Positions 24,465 to 38,388 of a DNA stretch of 64,000 nucleotides are shown piece by piece. Where the stretch lies: assembly GCA_051294375.1 (NCBI GenBank), contig CM119266.1, positions 16,486,087 to 16,550,086 of the forward strand. Direction: 5' to 3'. The translations under genes and the position numbers were made by a program. The stretch comes from Paraspadella gotoi. Its lineage: Eukaryota > Animalia > Chaetognatha. Each line of letters opens with the position of its first letter. Position 1 is the first letter of the stretch. The notes under the pieces were generated by a model, which did no database searches, was not told the origin of the DNA, and saw nothing but the letters and a program-made list of their open reading frames with translations.

Positions 24465-27400
24465 CTATGGATTTAATAGCTGTAATACTTTGTGAGATGC
24501 ATCAATAGTTTTTGATTCAATATAATTTTGGTTATTATCTTCAGTTTTTTCAGGAAAGTATCGGTAGTTGACCATGAGGCCAAAAGATTCATCCAGTCCT
24601 TTTGGCGAGGTATCAGCGAGCCAATTAATGCGCCACAAAGTTGACCCGTTACGGAGGTGAAAGTTTGCAACGGGATCTAGAGCGAAGCCCCGATGTTTTT
24701 CTAAGTAAAGATAGTGAGCACAGAGGCGCAATAAAGGTGCTTTCAAACTTTGTAACAGATCTTTGTGCTGAAGCCATTTGTTTGATGACATATAGACCTT
24801 AAAAAGACCGTAAAATTGGAAAAAACAAAATTGAAAAAGACTACAGTAATTAATACCTGTAATTTCTGTAAATAAACCATTGTCTCAAAGTTTTGGGCAG
24901 ATAACGGAGCAGTCATTAGTGCATTCAGAATGTCGTTAAGTTCACAAGGTAGGAATAATCCATTACGAGAAGAAGTAGGACCTGAACAGTTAAAAATAGA
25001 TTCAAGTCAACCCATTTGATTAAACCATAACAAAATAAGTATATACGGTAAAATTTTCCTTTCGCCGACCGGACTTTTTTTTCTACTTCATCGTCACAAT
25101 CCTTCACCTTTTCCCCTACATTTATTTTCCCGTATTTTCGTCTTCTACTCTATTAATTTTTTTCTGTAAATACTTTTTCTGTAATACTTAGTAGAGAGAT
25201 AATAGGGGGTTGTCTAATATATAATAAACGGGACTGTGAGAGAGTCTTGATTGAAAGCTTGCAGGGACCTGCTATGTAATTATCTTGTAAGAGTGATGGA
25301 GGCCTTAATTTAAGGCCTCCAAACCACCAAAGCCTGTCCAAAGTCAGGGGTAAGATAGCTTATTTATTAAATGAATGGATAATTTTTATATTGGTTGTAC
25401 CAATTTCATAGAATATATCAAGTTCTAGAAAGGTTTAAATTGACTGATCCCTGGCCTTAAGGAACAAAAGGAAAACAATTTTAATGCACCATTATTATAT
25501 ATTTATTTGTAATATTTTTTTTAATATTTATTTAAAACAAATATTTAAAAAAAAATACTTAGAATTGTAACGTTTCAGTTTAAACGTGATATGGAACAGT
25601 TTTTATATAACTTGTAATTTAAATTGAATTAACAAAAAAATCTAAAAAGTATAGTGATCTCCAAACGTTACATGGTGACAAGAAAAAAACACCATTGGCG
25701 AACCTAAAAATTTTTTTTCAATCTTAAAAATAAAAACCAAAAACAGTTATATATCCAAATTGGGTTACTTTTACTTAGGGGTGGTTTAGGGTTAGGGGTG
25801 GTTAGGGTTTTTGAGGGTTTAGGGTAATTAAGTAATTTTTTTTTTAAAAATAAGTATTTTTAAATAATTTTTCAAAAGCCGCCATAACCGCGGTCGTCGA
25901 AAGTAAAATTTAGCCTCCAAATTTTATATTGAATGGTTTTGATTTGACTTGGAAATGAGAGATTAGAAATTAAAGATTAGAAAAAATTACACTTCTCATA
26001 CCTTGATCAATTGCATCACAATGTGCTTTAACTTGGTCCGTATAATACTTGATTTCATCATTCAAACTTCGCATCAACCAAGATTTAAAACCAGGAATAG
26101 GTGAAATCGTTGAAAACACCGTGAGGTGAGGAAATTCTTTTACGAGCGCTTTGACCGCGTTTTTTATCAGGTAATGCCCTAAATCCACGCCACTAAGACC
26201 TGAGACGTGCACGACAGGCTTATTGCTTATGCCGCTACTGAGACAATTTGTTTTTCTAGATTAAATACCTTTTTGAGTACTATTGATAGAATAAAAAATA
26301 GCGACTTTAATCTTAGAAATGTCTTCTTTGGTTGTTACAAGTTCCTCTTCATTAGTTCCTCCTATAAAAGATTCATTTTCAGCGCGAAGAAATATGCGAA
26401 AAAAAAGTTATATTAATATTTGGAGTTAAAATTAACGAATCAGAAAAAAAAGAGATTAAATTTGAAAAACTAAAAGGAACGGCAATGTTGGAAAAGCTGT
26501 GGAAATCTTCGATGTATGACCAATAAAAAAAAGTTTAAAAAAGTACTAAATGCACCTTTTGGAGTATTGTTGTCCCGAAGAGGACGCGGTAGAATTCCCT
26601 GCATGTTGGAGCTAATTTTCTCGGATAAGTAAGTATGCAGTACCACGACGGGCTCCCGAGGCATTGAACTGTGACTAAAGATGAAGCAACGTCTGGAAAA
26701 ATACCATTTCAATAATCGACTTTGTAACTTGGTCAAGATATTAATGTTCCTTAACCTATAGGGCCCAACACGGTTCTTCAAATCCTCCCAACTACGCACA
26801 GGATGAACCCTTTCCCCATCAGATACTTTCTGAAATAAAAAAAAAAAGGAACGGTTATTCCAAGGTGTTGCGCCGCATTACTTTTTTTTTACATATTTTT
26901 TTTAAAAACAAAAGGCGGCGCCAGTAGTCGCTTAGATTTGATTTTTAACAAATGAGCAACAAACTAAAATATGAACAACAAACTATAATATAGTTCCCAA
27001 AATGAGTTATTAGATATAATGATAAGTAAAAAAAATTTAAAAAAGCAATATATATATATTTAAAAAATATAGATTAAAAGGTAAATCTTTCATAAATATA
27101 AAAATAAAAAATAGTGAAACAAGTAATTTAAAAATTTTCATAGACAAGTTATAAACGTTTTTAACGTAAGTGGGACAGACCAACGGACAAACATACCGAC
27201 CGACCGAAAAGCGACTTATAGAGTTGCGAAACCACCAAAGCCTGTCCAAAGTGAGAGGCAAGATATTATAAAATTATCCATTCATTTAATAAATGAATGG
27301 TTAATCACTAATTTATAAATTATTAACTATTGTTATGATTCTTTCTTTTCGTTGTGTTTGTTAATTAGGAAAAACAGTTTTTAAGGTCAACAACGATTTA

Positions 27401-30400
27401 TTATTGGATATAAGTCGGACAAGTTTCAAATTGTTGATTGTTAAAAATCGCTGAAAAAGACTCTTAATAAAGAGTTGAAACCAGGCTAGAACCCTGGACA
27501 TTTGGGTTGGGAGGCGAATGACTTGCCTCCTGTACCAATGGCCGCTGAATGAATGGGTGGATTTTAGTCCACCATATATCCCCCTCCCATAGGGAGAAGT
27601 CTGTTGTGTCTCTTCAGTGAATTGTTGTTGATAGAAAGTTCGTCACCAAGTTGAGGAATGTCGCCTGATGTGTTGTTGGCGGAAAGTGCATCGCCAGGTT
27701 GAGGCATGTCGCCTGAAAGTGTTGTTGCTGTTGTGTTTGGAAGTCAGGCTCATCAATGAAGAGTAATAATTGTGTGTAAGTGACAGAACTGTTCAATGTA
27801 AGCAGTCCCCGAGTTTCGGATCAGGCAGTAACACCGTGTTACAGGCGGGTAAAGCGCTCCATCCCTCTTAACTGCAAGGCGACTAGTGTTCCGATAACCG
27901 TTAACAGTTAACGGTTATTAACGGTTAAAAATAATTTTAACTTAACCGTTAATATATTTATTTTAACGGTTAAATTCGGTTAATTTTCAAGTATAATTTT
28001 TGTTATGAAAACTTTGATTTTTTAAGAAAAAATTTTTTTCCTTATTCTCCTCTCCCTTTCTCACTATATTTTTCCCCCTCTCTCTGTTCTACATTTTCCC
28101 CTATTTTTTCTTTGTTATTTTCAACCCTTTTAATCTTTTTCTATTTTAATCTATTATCATTTTTTTTCTGCCCTTCCGGTATTTTTTTTACTTTCTCCCA
28201 ATTGTTTTCGTTTTTCCTTTCAGCTAATTAAGCATTTACATCAAAGAATATTTTGAAATATAATATGCATCTGCATATATTTTTTTGCAAATCAAATTTT
28301 TACATGCAATAATATTCTATTTTGCTAATAAAAAAATAAATAAACTTTCTTCTTTTACTTTTTTTAGCTTTTTCTTTCAATTTTTAAAATGAACAAAGAA
28401 GTAAATATAATAAAGCCGAATGAATGAAAAAATTTAAAAAAAACTAAAATAAAAAATTATTAGAAAACATTTAAAAAATAAACAATAGAAGGAATGAATC
28501 TTTGAAAAGACATTAAGGCTAACTAAAACTATCCTTCAATGATGATATACTTTACTTTAATAAAATTTAAAAAAATATTTATTAATTAATAACTCTTTTG
28601 ATCAATCGATCATTTAACAATTCAATTAATAAATTGATATTCATAATTAAGAGAAAACAAAGTTTATTTGTTTACAAACAACCGGTTTTTATTCCAAAAA
28701 ACGGACATGTTTCGACTCTAGTTTTTCCGAGTCTACATCAGCGCGTGAGAGTCGAAACATGTCCTTTTTTTAAAAATAAAAACCTGTTGTTTGTAAACAA
28801 ATAAACTTTGCTTTCACTTAACTATAAACGTAACGAAAAGAAAGTCTTAATACAATATTTATAATTATATTTATATTTATGGTCATGGTTTATGAAAGAC
28901 TAACAACAGAAAACATGCTTTCAAGAAACTAACAACTATAAAAATAATGAGGAAGAGAAATAGAAAAAGGAAAAGCAAAAACGAAAGAAAGAAAGAAAAA
29001 GAGAGAAAGAGAAAACAAAATATACAGAATTAAAATTACATTGTGCTTTTTCTTTCATTGTCTTTTTTCATATTTTTATTATGCTATGAGGCAAAAAAAA
29101 ATTTATTATAATGCTGTTTTTTCAAACCAATTTTTTCATTTATCAACTATAATGTGTACCTCATCTATCTGAAATAAAAGATAAAGACTATTCAGTAGCC
29201 GGAGTTAAGGAGAAAATACCATTAAATACTTTAGTTAGTTTCAAATATTAATATTTTAAATTTAAAGTTAAATTATAAAATTAACCGATTTTAACGGTTA
29301 ACCGTTAAAAACGTTAGTTTTAACGGTTTAGCGAAAGTTCCTCAAAAATTAACGGTTAACGGAACCCTAAAGGCGACCACCGACCCCAGACCTTTGGGTT
29401 GGGAGGCTCCTGCCGCCTGCACCAACAGTTGGTGGATTTTATTTTGATGCTGGGTGGAGTACAATATAGTATTCCCCGATCTAATACTTATGGGATTGGT
29501 CTTTTCATACAATTGAAACAATTTGTCAAGGCATATCTTAACTGATCAATATAAAATTTTAACACATAAATGACTTTAATATGTTCTACTGAACTAAAAA
29601 AATAACTACTGGTTTGCAAATGACAGCGTTTTTTTACCGGCGCTTGTAAAATTGTCACCATGTACAGAGTTGCTTCACGAGAAAAAAAGGCTTAAAGAAA
29701 AAACTTTTGTGTCCTTCCGGATAATTCAAAGAAAAATTCTATGTATGTATTGAGCAGTTTTTTTTAAATAAAAAAAAATTAGAATTAACAATTACCAAAC
29801 CAAAGATAAAATATAACTGGAATATTAAGAAAAAAATAATACTAAAGCGCAAAAACCTGTAGAATGTCACAAGGAGATTGCCAGTTAATGGTCTCGAGTT
29901 TCAAAAGACCCACTGAGAACCAAGCGGACTGCAATTCGCGCAGGTTTCGGTTCATATCACGAAGTCGAATTATAGAACCATCGTTTCGAGTTCCCGCATA
30001 TTCCTTCAAGAATTCTATTAAATCTGCAATAGAAAACGAATATAAGTATTCCCCGATCTAATACTTAAGGGAGTGGTCTTTTCATACAATTGAAACATTC
30101 TTTGAAATATTTTCCACTTCATTGATAGGGAAGCCAGGTACTCAGTGAACAAACGGGACTGTGAGAGAGTCTTGATTGAAAGCTTACAGGGACCTGCTAT
30201 GTCATTATCTTGTAAGAGTGATGGAGGCCTTAAACCACCAAAGCCTGTCCAAAGTCAGGGGCAAGATAGCTTATTTATTAAATGAATGGATAATTTTTAT
30301 ATTGGTTGTACCAATTTCATAAAGAATGTCGATCAGTAGTCGTAATTTGCCCCGGTTCTTATATATTAAGGTTCTTTTAAAGGGTGAAGCAGGTAAAGCA

Positions 30401-32060
30401 AACCTCCCAAAATCCGGAGTTAGAAGCTCCGACTCAATGTGGGCCCATTATATTTATATCCAAGTTAATAGACCCCGAAGGGGACAATAGACTTTCTACA
30501 ATAACATTTCGTTCATGTATACGATTATACGTGTATTATATAATCGTTGTCCTTAGTTTTACTGTGCTGTATTGTTAAAAAAAACTGATCCTAAAGCAAT
30601 AAGCATTTCACTATGGAGGGAAGGAGAAATAAAAGTAACAGAGCGACTCCGCCACAACAGCAAAAACCCAAGAAACTACTCAATATTCAATAACAAGAAT
30701 AAGATACCAATATGATATATTTAAATCGGGCTTTTCTTTTTAATTGCACGTTGTTAATAATTTCATCATATTTAATGCATCATTAACAATATACTATATA
30801 GCCAAAGACTTTAGTTTAAATCAACTTTAAATATGATGCCACAGGTGAAACTCGCCTGCTCTCATATCAACGACGAGTTTAATGCCATCTTCTGTAGTCC
30901 CGATACCAACAAACAGCTTGTTGTATGTAGGTACTAAAGCCTTGCGCAATTTCTCAACAAGGTTGGTTAGTTTTCGTTGCAATAAATAACTTAAATCAAA
31001 ATCACTTCTACAAATAAAAAAAAAGATGAGACTTAGCCTAAGATACACAATCCACTAAAATGATGGATCAAAACCAATATGAACGATCACATACTCTAAT
31101 TCGTTTTGTTCCAAAAATTTAAGTAGAGTATTGGCTTCAGATGAAAGTTCACATCGAACAACCCCATAGTTGTCAGCAAGATATGTAAATAATTTCTGCC
31201 GAGACTCAGTCGTACTCCACCTAAATTAATTAAGTCTATTTATAACTTAATCGAAAATGGAGGTAAGTTCCAGAATTCAGAGATCGATGAAAGAATGTTT
31301 TAACAATATCCAACAAAAGAAATCCCTCTAAAATTTTTTTTCACAAAAAGGGGAAAAATATAAGGTTTTCTAAGATTACTCTATGAGAAGTAGATTTCAA
31401 TATCTCACAATTAATCTATTAGATTTTTTATTCACAGACCGAATCGGCATTAAATTTGTGGAGAAATGGATGTAAAGATCCCTTTTGACTTTTGTACCTG
31501 TATTCATGAGAGAACTCGGCGACAAATTTCTCAATACGTTCCCTTCTGGTTGACGCTTCATTTAAAACTTTTTCAGCATTTCGAATTAACGAATCGCTTG
31601 AACAACTCTGAACAAAGACAAGGGCATGGCACCGGCCGGTTAAAATATAGCGTTTTTGTAATGTAACAAAATTATTTGTACAGTAGCATCCGTTAATAAT
31701 TTCTGAGACGGCAAGCTCTATAACCGGAATACATTAATCATTATCATTATCGAAAAGCATGGGTATGTAATATGTAATACATATGTGTCTACTCCCCCTT
31801 CGGTAAGCCGAAGCTCTCCAATGAATTCGAGGACATTGTAATGCTTACATAAAAAGAAAGCTTCTGGACTCAAACTCGCGACCTCTATATTTTCAACGTT
31901 TCAACGCTAACCACTCGGCTACTTTAAACTATTTACAATAAATGAAAGATTTTTCACATAAACTTAAAAACTGAACTACTCTTTACAATGGTTACATATG
32001 ATAAGTAAAGAAAGCTCTTGAGCCCAAAAAGCCGTACAGAAATTTAAGCGAAATTAACAT
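24465..32060 (-). CDS. MLYCD: Malonyl-CoA decarboxylase, multi-exon; secure from ~31610 to 24465, first exon (32060-31996, [15 protein letters not shown].., transit-peptide-like) tentative
   Basis: [12 protein letters not shown]; [18 protein letters not shown]; [33 protein letters not shown]; [24 protein letters not shown]; [10 protein letters not shown]; [26 protein letters not shown]; [10 protein letters not shown]. Confidence 0.95.
27884..29369. mobile_element. Non-autonomous hAT DNA transposon
   Basis: Termini TAGTGTTCCG / CGGAACCCTA, subterminal TTAACGGTTAA repeats, perfect 8-bp TSD AAGGCGAC (27876-27883, 29370-29377). Confidence 0.88.
28701..28745 (-). ncRNA. Degenerate hammerhead motif inside inverted repeat 28644-28824
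   Basis: Minus strand CG-CTGATGT-A-GACTC(GGAAAAACTA)GAGTC-GAAAC-AT-GTC^CG, with palindromic stem III ACATGT. Confidence 0.6.
31795..31921 (-). mobile_element. tRNA-derived SINE-like fragment
   Basis: Minus strand A box TAGCCGAGTGG and B-box-like GAGTTTGAGTCC; no complete cloverleaf. Confidence 0.5.
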
Positions 32061-35023
32061 TCTGTTGCGTCCAAAATTCACAGTTATTATTTAGTATTAA
32101 AGAAAAGAATGAGAATTGCTGATTATTCTACGAGGAAGAGAAGCGGAAGTCCAACAACATAGTTTAAGCACAATAGAAACCAGTAAACTATGGCAACAGG
32201 CGGGAATGAGGCATCTCACTTTTTGGCTTTGGGGGCTTCCGACCCTCAGTGACTCCTCCAGTCACTGGTGCGGTTACCCTAGGACGGTCTCGCTTTGCCA
32301 ACGCAGAGGGAAGTCGTTACAAAAATATATTTCACTATTTGAACGCCAATTACTCATGAGTGAATGGGGCGATTGACTTCAAATTTTGTATGTGGGTAGG
32401 AAAGTGTGTGATTGAGCAGGAAATAAAGCTTCGATGGAATCGTCCAAGTGGAAATGTGTTAAAATGGAAAAAAACAATCAATTTCACTATTTAATTATGC
32501 TTTTTTATTTTTATATTAAATGTAAATTCAAGCTACATTAATTAATTAATTATTAACAAATAAGTAATCAATTAATTATTTGTCATTAATTAATTTTGTG
32601 ATCGAGATTGTTTTGTGATTGAGAGGCGAGACAAATTGAAAAACGATTTTGACACGAATAAAAAAAATTAATATTAATTAACTAATTAATTATCTGATCA
32701 GCTGCTTACTACTAATAATCGTGGGTAGATCCGGCATTGTTTGCTCAAACATGTTTCTTAATGTTTGGTAGGTGTCAATCGATTTGGCTCACGGGGTAGT
32801 TTTATTTATAAAATACTCTAGAAAAGCATTGTCATTACCCGTTGTTTTAAAGTTGTGTTACACTGAATACTGATACAGGTGTGTATCGAGATGGACGTAA
32901 CGCAGATTCTGGTTGCAAAAAACGGGGAGTATTGACGAATCATGCCAACCATTTTGAAACAGCTGGGAACCTGTAATCAAAAATGGTAGGGTAGTTGCGG
33001 GGTAATTCGGAACACTTTCAAAATTAATCAATTTTTTCACATAGTAAAAATATCTTGGAAAAATCTTTTTCTGGTGATATATCTAGTAAAGTGTCCCGGC
33101 TACAGGTTGATGTATTTGTTTTTATCATGGAAGTAATTGTGATTGTTATACATATACATATGGTTTAAAGGAAGAAAAATCAATTTAAATTTATAAAAAT
33201 TAATTCGAAAATGGTTTATCTACAAAGTTAAGACAAATACAATTGCTCACAGAAAAAAATTTATCTTAAAAGAAAAAAAATGTCATTATTCGCCCGTGGG
33301 TGACCCCCCCCCAGGGCCCTGTATCTTAGCTCAGGGGTAAAATATTTAAAATCGCCTTGATAGTCCTATTGGGCCATAAGTATGGCCATTGGGATACTGT
33401 ATGCAAAAATCATATAGAATTTGGTTCCGTGATTTGGTCAGAACCGATTCTAGGTCAGAAAAACAGGGAGATCATTTTATAATATGAAGACTTTTGTATT
33501 GAAATTTCATGTAAAGAAAAAAAAAGAAAAATTTATTTATAAAAAAATTATGTTTTCCCCCCATTTAACCAACTTCAACTTGCACGCTAGCTTCCATTGA
33601 AACTTTTTTCAGATTAAGCGCATATCTTTTTACCTACATATAAAGTTTTATTTTATAGTTTATAGTTTTATAGTAGTTTGGTGGGAACAGATTCTGGTCA
33701 CAAAAAAGGGGTACCACATTTTATAATATGAAGCCTTCTGTAAATGTATCACGAACCAGAATAAAAAAATCTTAAAAGCATAAGGATCGTCGCAATCGCA
33801 TAAGAAAAATAAAATTAAATTAAATTAAAATTAAATAAAATAAAATTTGAGAAAAGAAAATTAATTTATAAACAGAAAGAAAAATTCTATTTTACGATTG
33901 TCAATTAAAAAAAATAATAAAGTACCGAAGAAAATTAAAGTTAATTTCTGAAAAAAAAAATTTAAAAAAATTCATTGTCAAAAAATAAAATGATCAGCAG
34001 ACGCAGTCCCTGAAAAAAAAAACGAAATAAAAATCCGATGTTGCGATAGCTTAATTTTTAATAAAAAAGCAGAGAGAAAGAGAGAGAGAGAAAAAAAATC
34101 AAAAGGCAGCAGCAGAAGCAGCAGGAGAAAAGAGAGAAAAAGAGAGAGCCCCTGCAGAGCCAGCTGCAGACTCAGAAGGCAGCAGCAAAAGCAACAGGAA
34201 AAAAGAGAAAAAGAAAGAGCCCCTGCAGAGCTAGCTGCAGATTCGTTTTTATTTTCCCGATGAATCAGAGAGAGAAGGAAACAAAAAAATAAAAGAAAAA
34301 AATTGTTTTGATAAAACGTAAACAAAACATATTTAATAACTGTCCAGACTTAATTTTAAGCACATCGATGATAAGCTGTATATAAATTTTCAGCTTCATA
34401 CACCCAAATTTAATCATAAAAAAGGATCTATAATTTGGAACGCCGACGACGACTTCTTTCCGCAGCCGTCAGACATCAGGCCGTTTCGAATAATAAGTGG
34501 TAGTTTTATTTTTATAACATAACTTCACAATCAGAGTTAAATATTGTTAAAAACTTAAAATTTGGATGAAAAAAATGAAAAAAGTGACTCCGCGCTAGGA
34601 AAATTGAAATTTTGTTAGGTCAACAAAAACGTCAAGTAATTTTCTAACTAATAACGTTATAAAAATAATATACAGTGAAAGAATTACAGGTTTAATCAAG
34701 TCTTTTCTCGGACATTTCATACAGGTCACGGCGTAGCTTTAAGTTCTACACATTTTAAAATGTCTATGTAAGTAACAAAGTAGCAGAAGTATCAAGTAGA
34801 AGTAATAAGTAGCAAAAAGATAAACAATATTTTAAACAAGAAAAAAAAAACAGTTACTTACCATTTTGAGTTGAAGACAACTTCATTAAAGGGCATAAAT
34901 TGTAACGTGTGAAAGAAATTACTTCTGAAAACAAAGGATTCATAAAAATACGAGTATCAATTAAAGAACAATTAATCAAAAAGAATATGAAAATAATCCT
35001 TTCAAATAATGTTCATCTTTTAA

Positions 35024-38000
35024 TTATTCTCCATCAATCTGATCTTTCCTGAAATCATTGGACTCAATGGAATCATTGTCGGCATTAATCATAGCAACCC
35101 CAGCAGAAGCTAGTTGCTGCAAATTATACTTTTTGTTTCTCTTGTAATGTTTTAATAACAAAAGGCAGACAGTTTTGCACACGACCTCGACGAGCACGGT
35201 AAATTCTGGATTGTTGTAATCGACTACGTTATCGGGACTCATCGATTGTATGACTTCAGAAACCTCGCGGAGGGCGGTGTGACGGTCAAGAGATGCGTTG
35301 TTCCGCGCTTTAAAATCGACATTGAAACGACGAATCTGTGACGTCGGCAAATCTTTCGACTGCGAATCATCCGCAGAGACATTATTTGCGTTATGATCAT
35401 TAGAAAACGTTGAACTGAGACACGAGGATACCAACTGTTTTAATTTTTCCAAATCGACTGAAGAAAAAGAACAGTATGACTATTAGAGGACTACTAGTCT
35501 ACTAACCAATTCAGTAATAGAAATTTATCGTACCTCTACAAGTTCCAATCACTGGAAGCATTCGCATAATATGTCGCGAACCCTTTCTGGTGCCGTCTTT
35601 GAGATCCTTCAGGATTTCGTCCATTAACACATTCGGGTCAGTCAATCTTGATCTTATGAAGAGTACGTTTTTGGCATTCGTAACTACCTGAGTCATTAAG
35701 ATTAACATAATTCGAAAGATTACTCAAAATGACTTAACTTGATCGATTGTTATATTAAAAAAATAGAGCCTCGGAACTTAAGAGACGGTAATTATAGTTA
35801 TGAGCTAGTGACAGCACCGTTCAATATAAGCAGTCCCTGAGCTTCGGATCAGGTTGTAATACCATATTACAGGCGAGTTAAGTGCCCCGTCCCTCTTAAC
35901 TGCTAGGCGACCACCGGGCTAGAACCCCGGAACTTTGGGTTGGGAGGCGAATGACTTGCCTCCTGCACCAATGGCCGCTGATGAACGGTTGGTGTATTTT
36001 AGTCTACCATAGAATTAACAAACAGAATCAAAATTTGAGTCTTAATTCTAATTCGGTTCAAGTTATTAACGCATTCCTGACCATTTATAGGAAAATAGGG
36101 CTTAATTTAACATTCGTCGACCAGGGTTAACGGTTAAGGTAGTTTAGGGTTAGGTGGTTTTAAGTTAGGGTTAACCGTTAAGATGAAGAGGACGAGAAAG
36201 AAAACAAGAGAAATAACAACAAATTTTATTTTAATACAATTACACTTGTTTTATAAAACTCACTATACTGTAGTTAATTTTTTTATAAAAAATCTTAAAA
36301 GCATAAGGATCGTCGCAATCGCATAAGAAAAATCTGGATTGATTTTGATACTATAAAAAATCAAATTTGAAAAAGAAAATTAATTTATAACAGAAAGAAA
36401 AAGAAGAAAAGAATAAATATAAAGAAAGAATAAAGAATAGAAAGAAAAAAAAATAGAAAAGAAAGAAAGATAAGAATAGGAAAGAAAGAATAGAAAGAAA
36501 GAAAGAATAGAAAAGAAAGAATAGAAAGAAGATAAGAAAGAATAGAAAAGAAAGAAAAGAATAGAAAGGAAAAAAAGAATAGAAAAAGAAAGAGAATAGA
36601 AAGAAAGAAAAAAGAAAGAATAGAAAGGAAAGAAAGAATAGAAAGGAAAGAAAGAAAGAAAGAAAGAATAGAAAGGAAAGAAAGAAAGAATAGAAAGAAG
36701 AAAAGAAAGAATAGAAGGAAAGAAAGACAATAGAAAGGAAAGAAAGAATAGAAAGGAAAGAAAAGAATAGAAAGGAAAGAAAAGAATAGAAAGAAAAGAA
36801 AGAAAAGGAAAGAAAGAATAGAAAGGAAAGAAAGAATAGAAAGGAAAAAAGAATAGAAAGGAAAAAAGAATAGAAAGGAAAGAAAGAATAGAAAGGAAAG
36901 AAAGAAAAATAAAAATAAAGAGAGTGATGAGAAGAAAGAACGAAATAAAAACCCGATGTTGCGATAGCAAAATGATAACATGCACGAATGCGATGCCTAA
37001 TTTTACGTGTTCAATTTTTTTTTAATAAAAACGCAGAGAGAGAGAGAGAGAAAAAAGCCAAATCGTTTTCGGATGGATCAGCAGAAGCAGCAGGAGAAAA
37101 GAGAGAAAAAGAAAGAAAGCCACTACAGAGCCTAAGGAATCAGCGACTGGGGAAAAGAGAGAGAGCTACATATAATTAAAAGAGAAAAGAGAGAGAAAGA
37201 GACATAAAAATAAAAGTAGAGCAAATTTGTTTGTTTTGATAAAATGTAAACAAAACGTCCTTAACCAATTTCAAGGACCTCGATGATGAGAAGCTGTATA
37301 TAAATTTTCAGCTTCATACACCCAAATTTAATCTTCAGAAAGGCGATCTATAAATTTGAACGCCGACGACGACGCCACTTATGTGCAATAGCGTTACGAG
37401 ATCGTCGCAAACGCAAAGCGATTACGACGATAAAAATGAGGGGACAGAAAAAAGAATGAAAACGAAATATTTATTGCCTTTTATGAGGTCATCATCGTAA
37501 CTGTCCGAATGCGAAGATGAAAACCAAATAATATTTTTCAAAAAAATTTACCTGTTGAAATTCTTTATCATTGTTTTTGTTTTCATTTTTTAAAGATTCT
37601 GCCTCTTTCGAGAGTGCAACATCGAATTCGTCATCCGACTGGGTATTGACTGCAACAGTTGTGTATTAATTGAAAAGCTTTAAAAATCTTCTGAAACCCT
37701 TCAACTAAAAATTACATTACAATTTCATAGTTTTAACAAATCAACATAACCCATGGCCAAACGCTGATACAAAAATCTTTATTATATATAAATCAAATAT
37801 TTAATAATAATTAATTTAATTATACACAATGATATCATTAGTTAATTGTTACTGTTGATTGTTGAACGTTTGTGTATTTCATTTCGTTTTTATTTAATTA
37901 CTAATTTTTATAAAGTATTGGGCTAAGCCTTACTAATTAAAATGTTAAAATAATTGAGGTAATAACACAAGATATCTCAGATAGTGGACTGATGAATGAT

Positions 38001-38388
38001 GAAAGAAGTCTAGAAAAAAATTATCGTCGATTTACTAAAAAAAAAAACCTGAAATAAATGGAGATAAAGTAAGGAATAACAAAAATTTTATTTAACTCAT
38101 TCGCGATTGGACATGGGGTTAGCAAGGAATATTTATTTAAATATCATGACTCGTTTATATAAATTTACCCGTTAATTTCGTTGGAAAAGTAAACTTTTCA
38201 GAGTAGGAATTTAGTAAATCATAAGCCTCCATCAAGCATTGACGCTCGTTGCGATTACAAGTCACCAAAAACCCATTTAATCCAGGTTCAAGTTGATTCC
38301 ATTTCTTTTTTTTAGCGGATTTGTAGTATTTTTTTTTATCATTTCTTCGCTTCAAGCCAACTTTAGCTTGAGAAGAACTTATAGACAT
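35024..38388 (-). CDS. THUMPD1: THUMP domain-containing protein 1 (Tan1-like); exons approx. 38388-38169, 37650-37552, 35687-35534, 35457-35024
   Basis: LEPGLNGFLVTCNRNERQCLMEAYDLLN; NVLFIR; RHIMRMLPV; FKARNN..VDYNNPEFTVLVEVVCKTVCL..KYNLQ. Confidence 0.92.
36390..36910. repeat. Polypurine low-complexity expansion (AAAG/AATAG) inside a HINE-2 copy
   Basis: Directly visible; it produces the spurious Phe/Leu/Ser ORFs at 36380-36985. Confidence 0.95.

Larger units (their letters stand above)
27480..29440 (-). mobile_element. Second, degraded TRIM copy interrupted by a hAT element
   Basis: Partial 3' LTR 27480-27576, homologous interior 27577-27756 with PPT, and a 5' LTR split into 27757-27883 and 29378-29440. 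Confidence 0.8.

Noticed and set aside
30155-30195. Hammerhead in family B (CTGTGAGAG..GAAAGCTT)
   Set aside because: The core is incomplete and no stem I pairing exists.
36380-36985. ~200-aa Phe/Leu/Ser-rich ORFs
   Set aside because: Artefact of a polypurine simple repeat.
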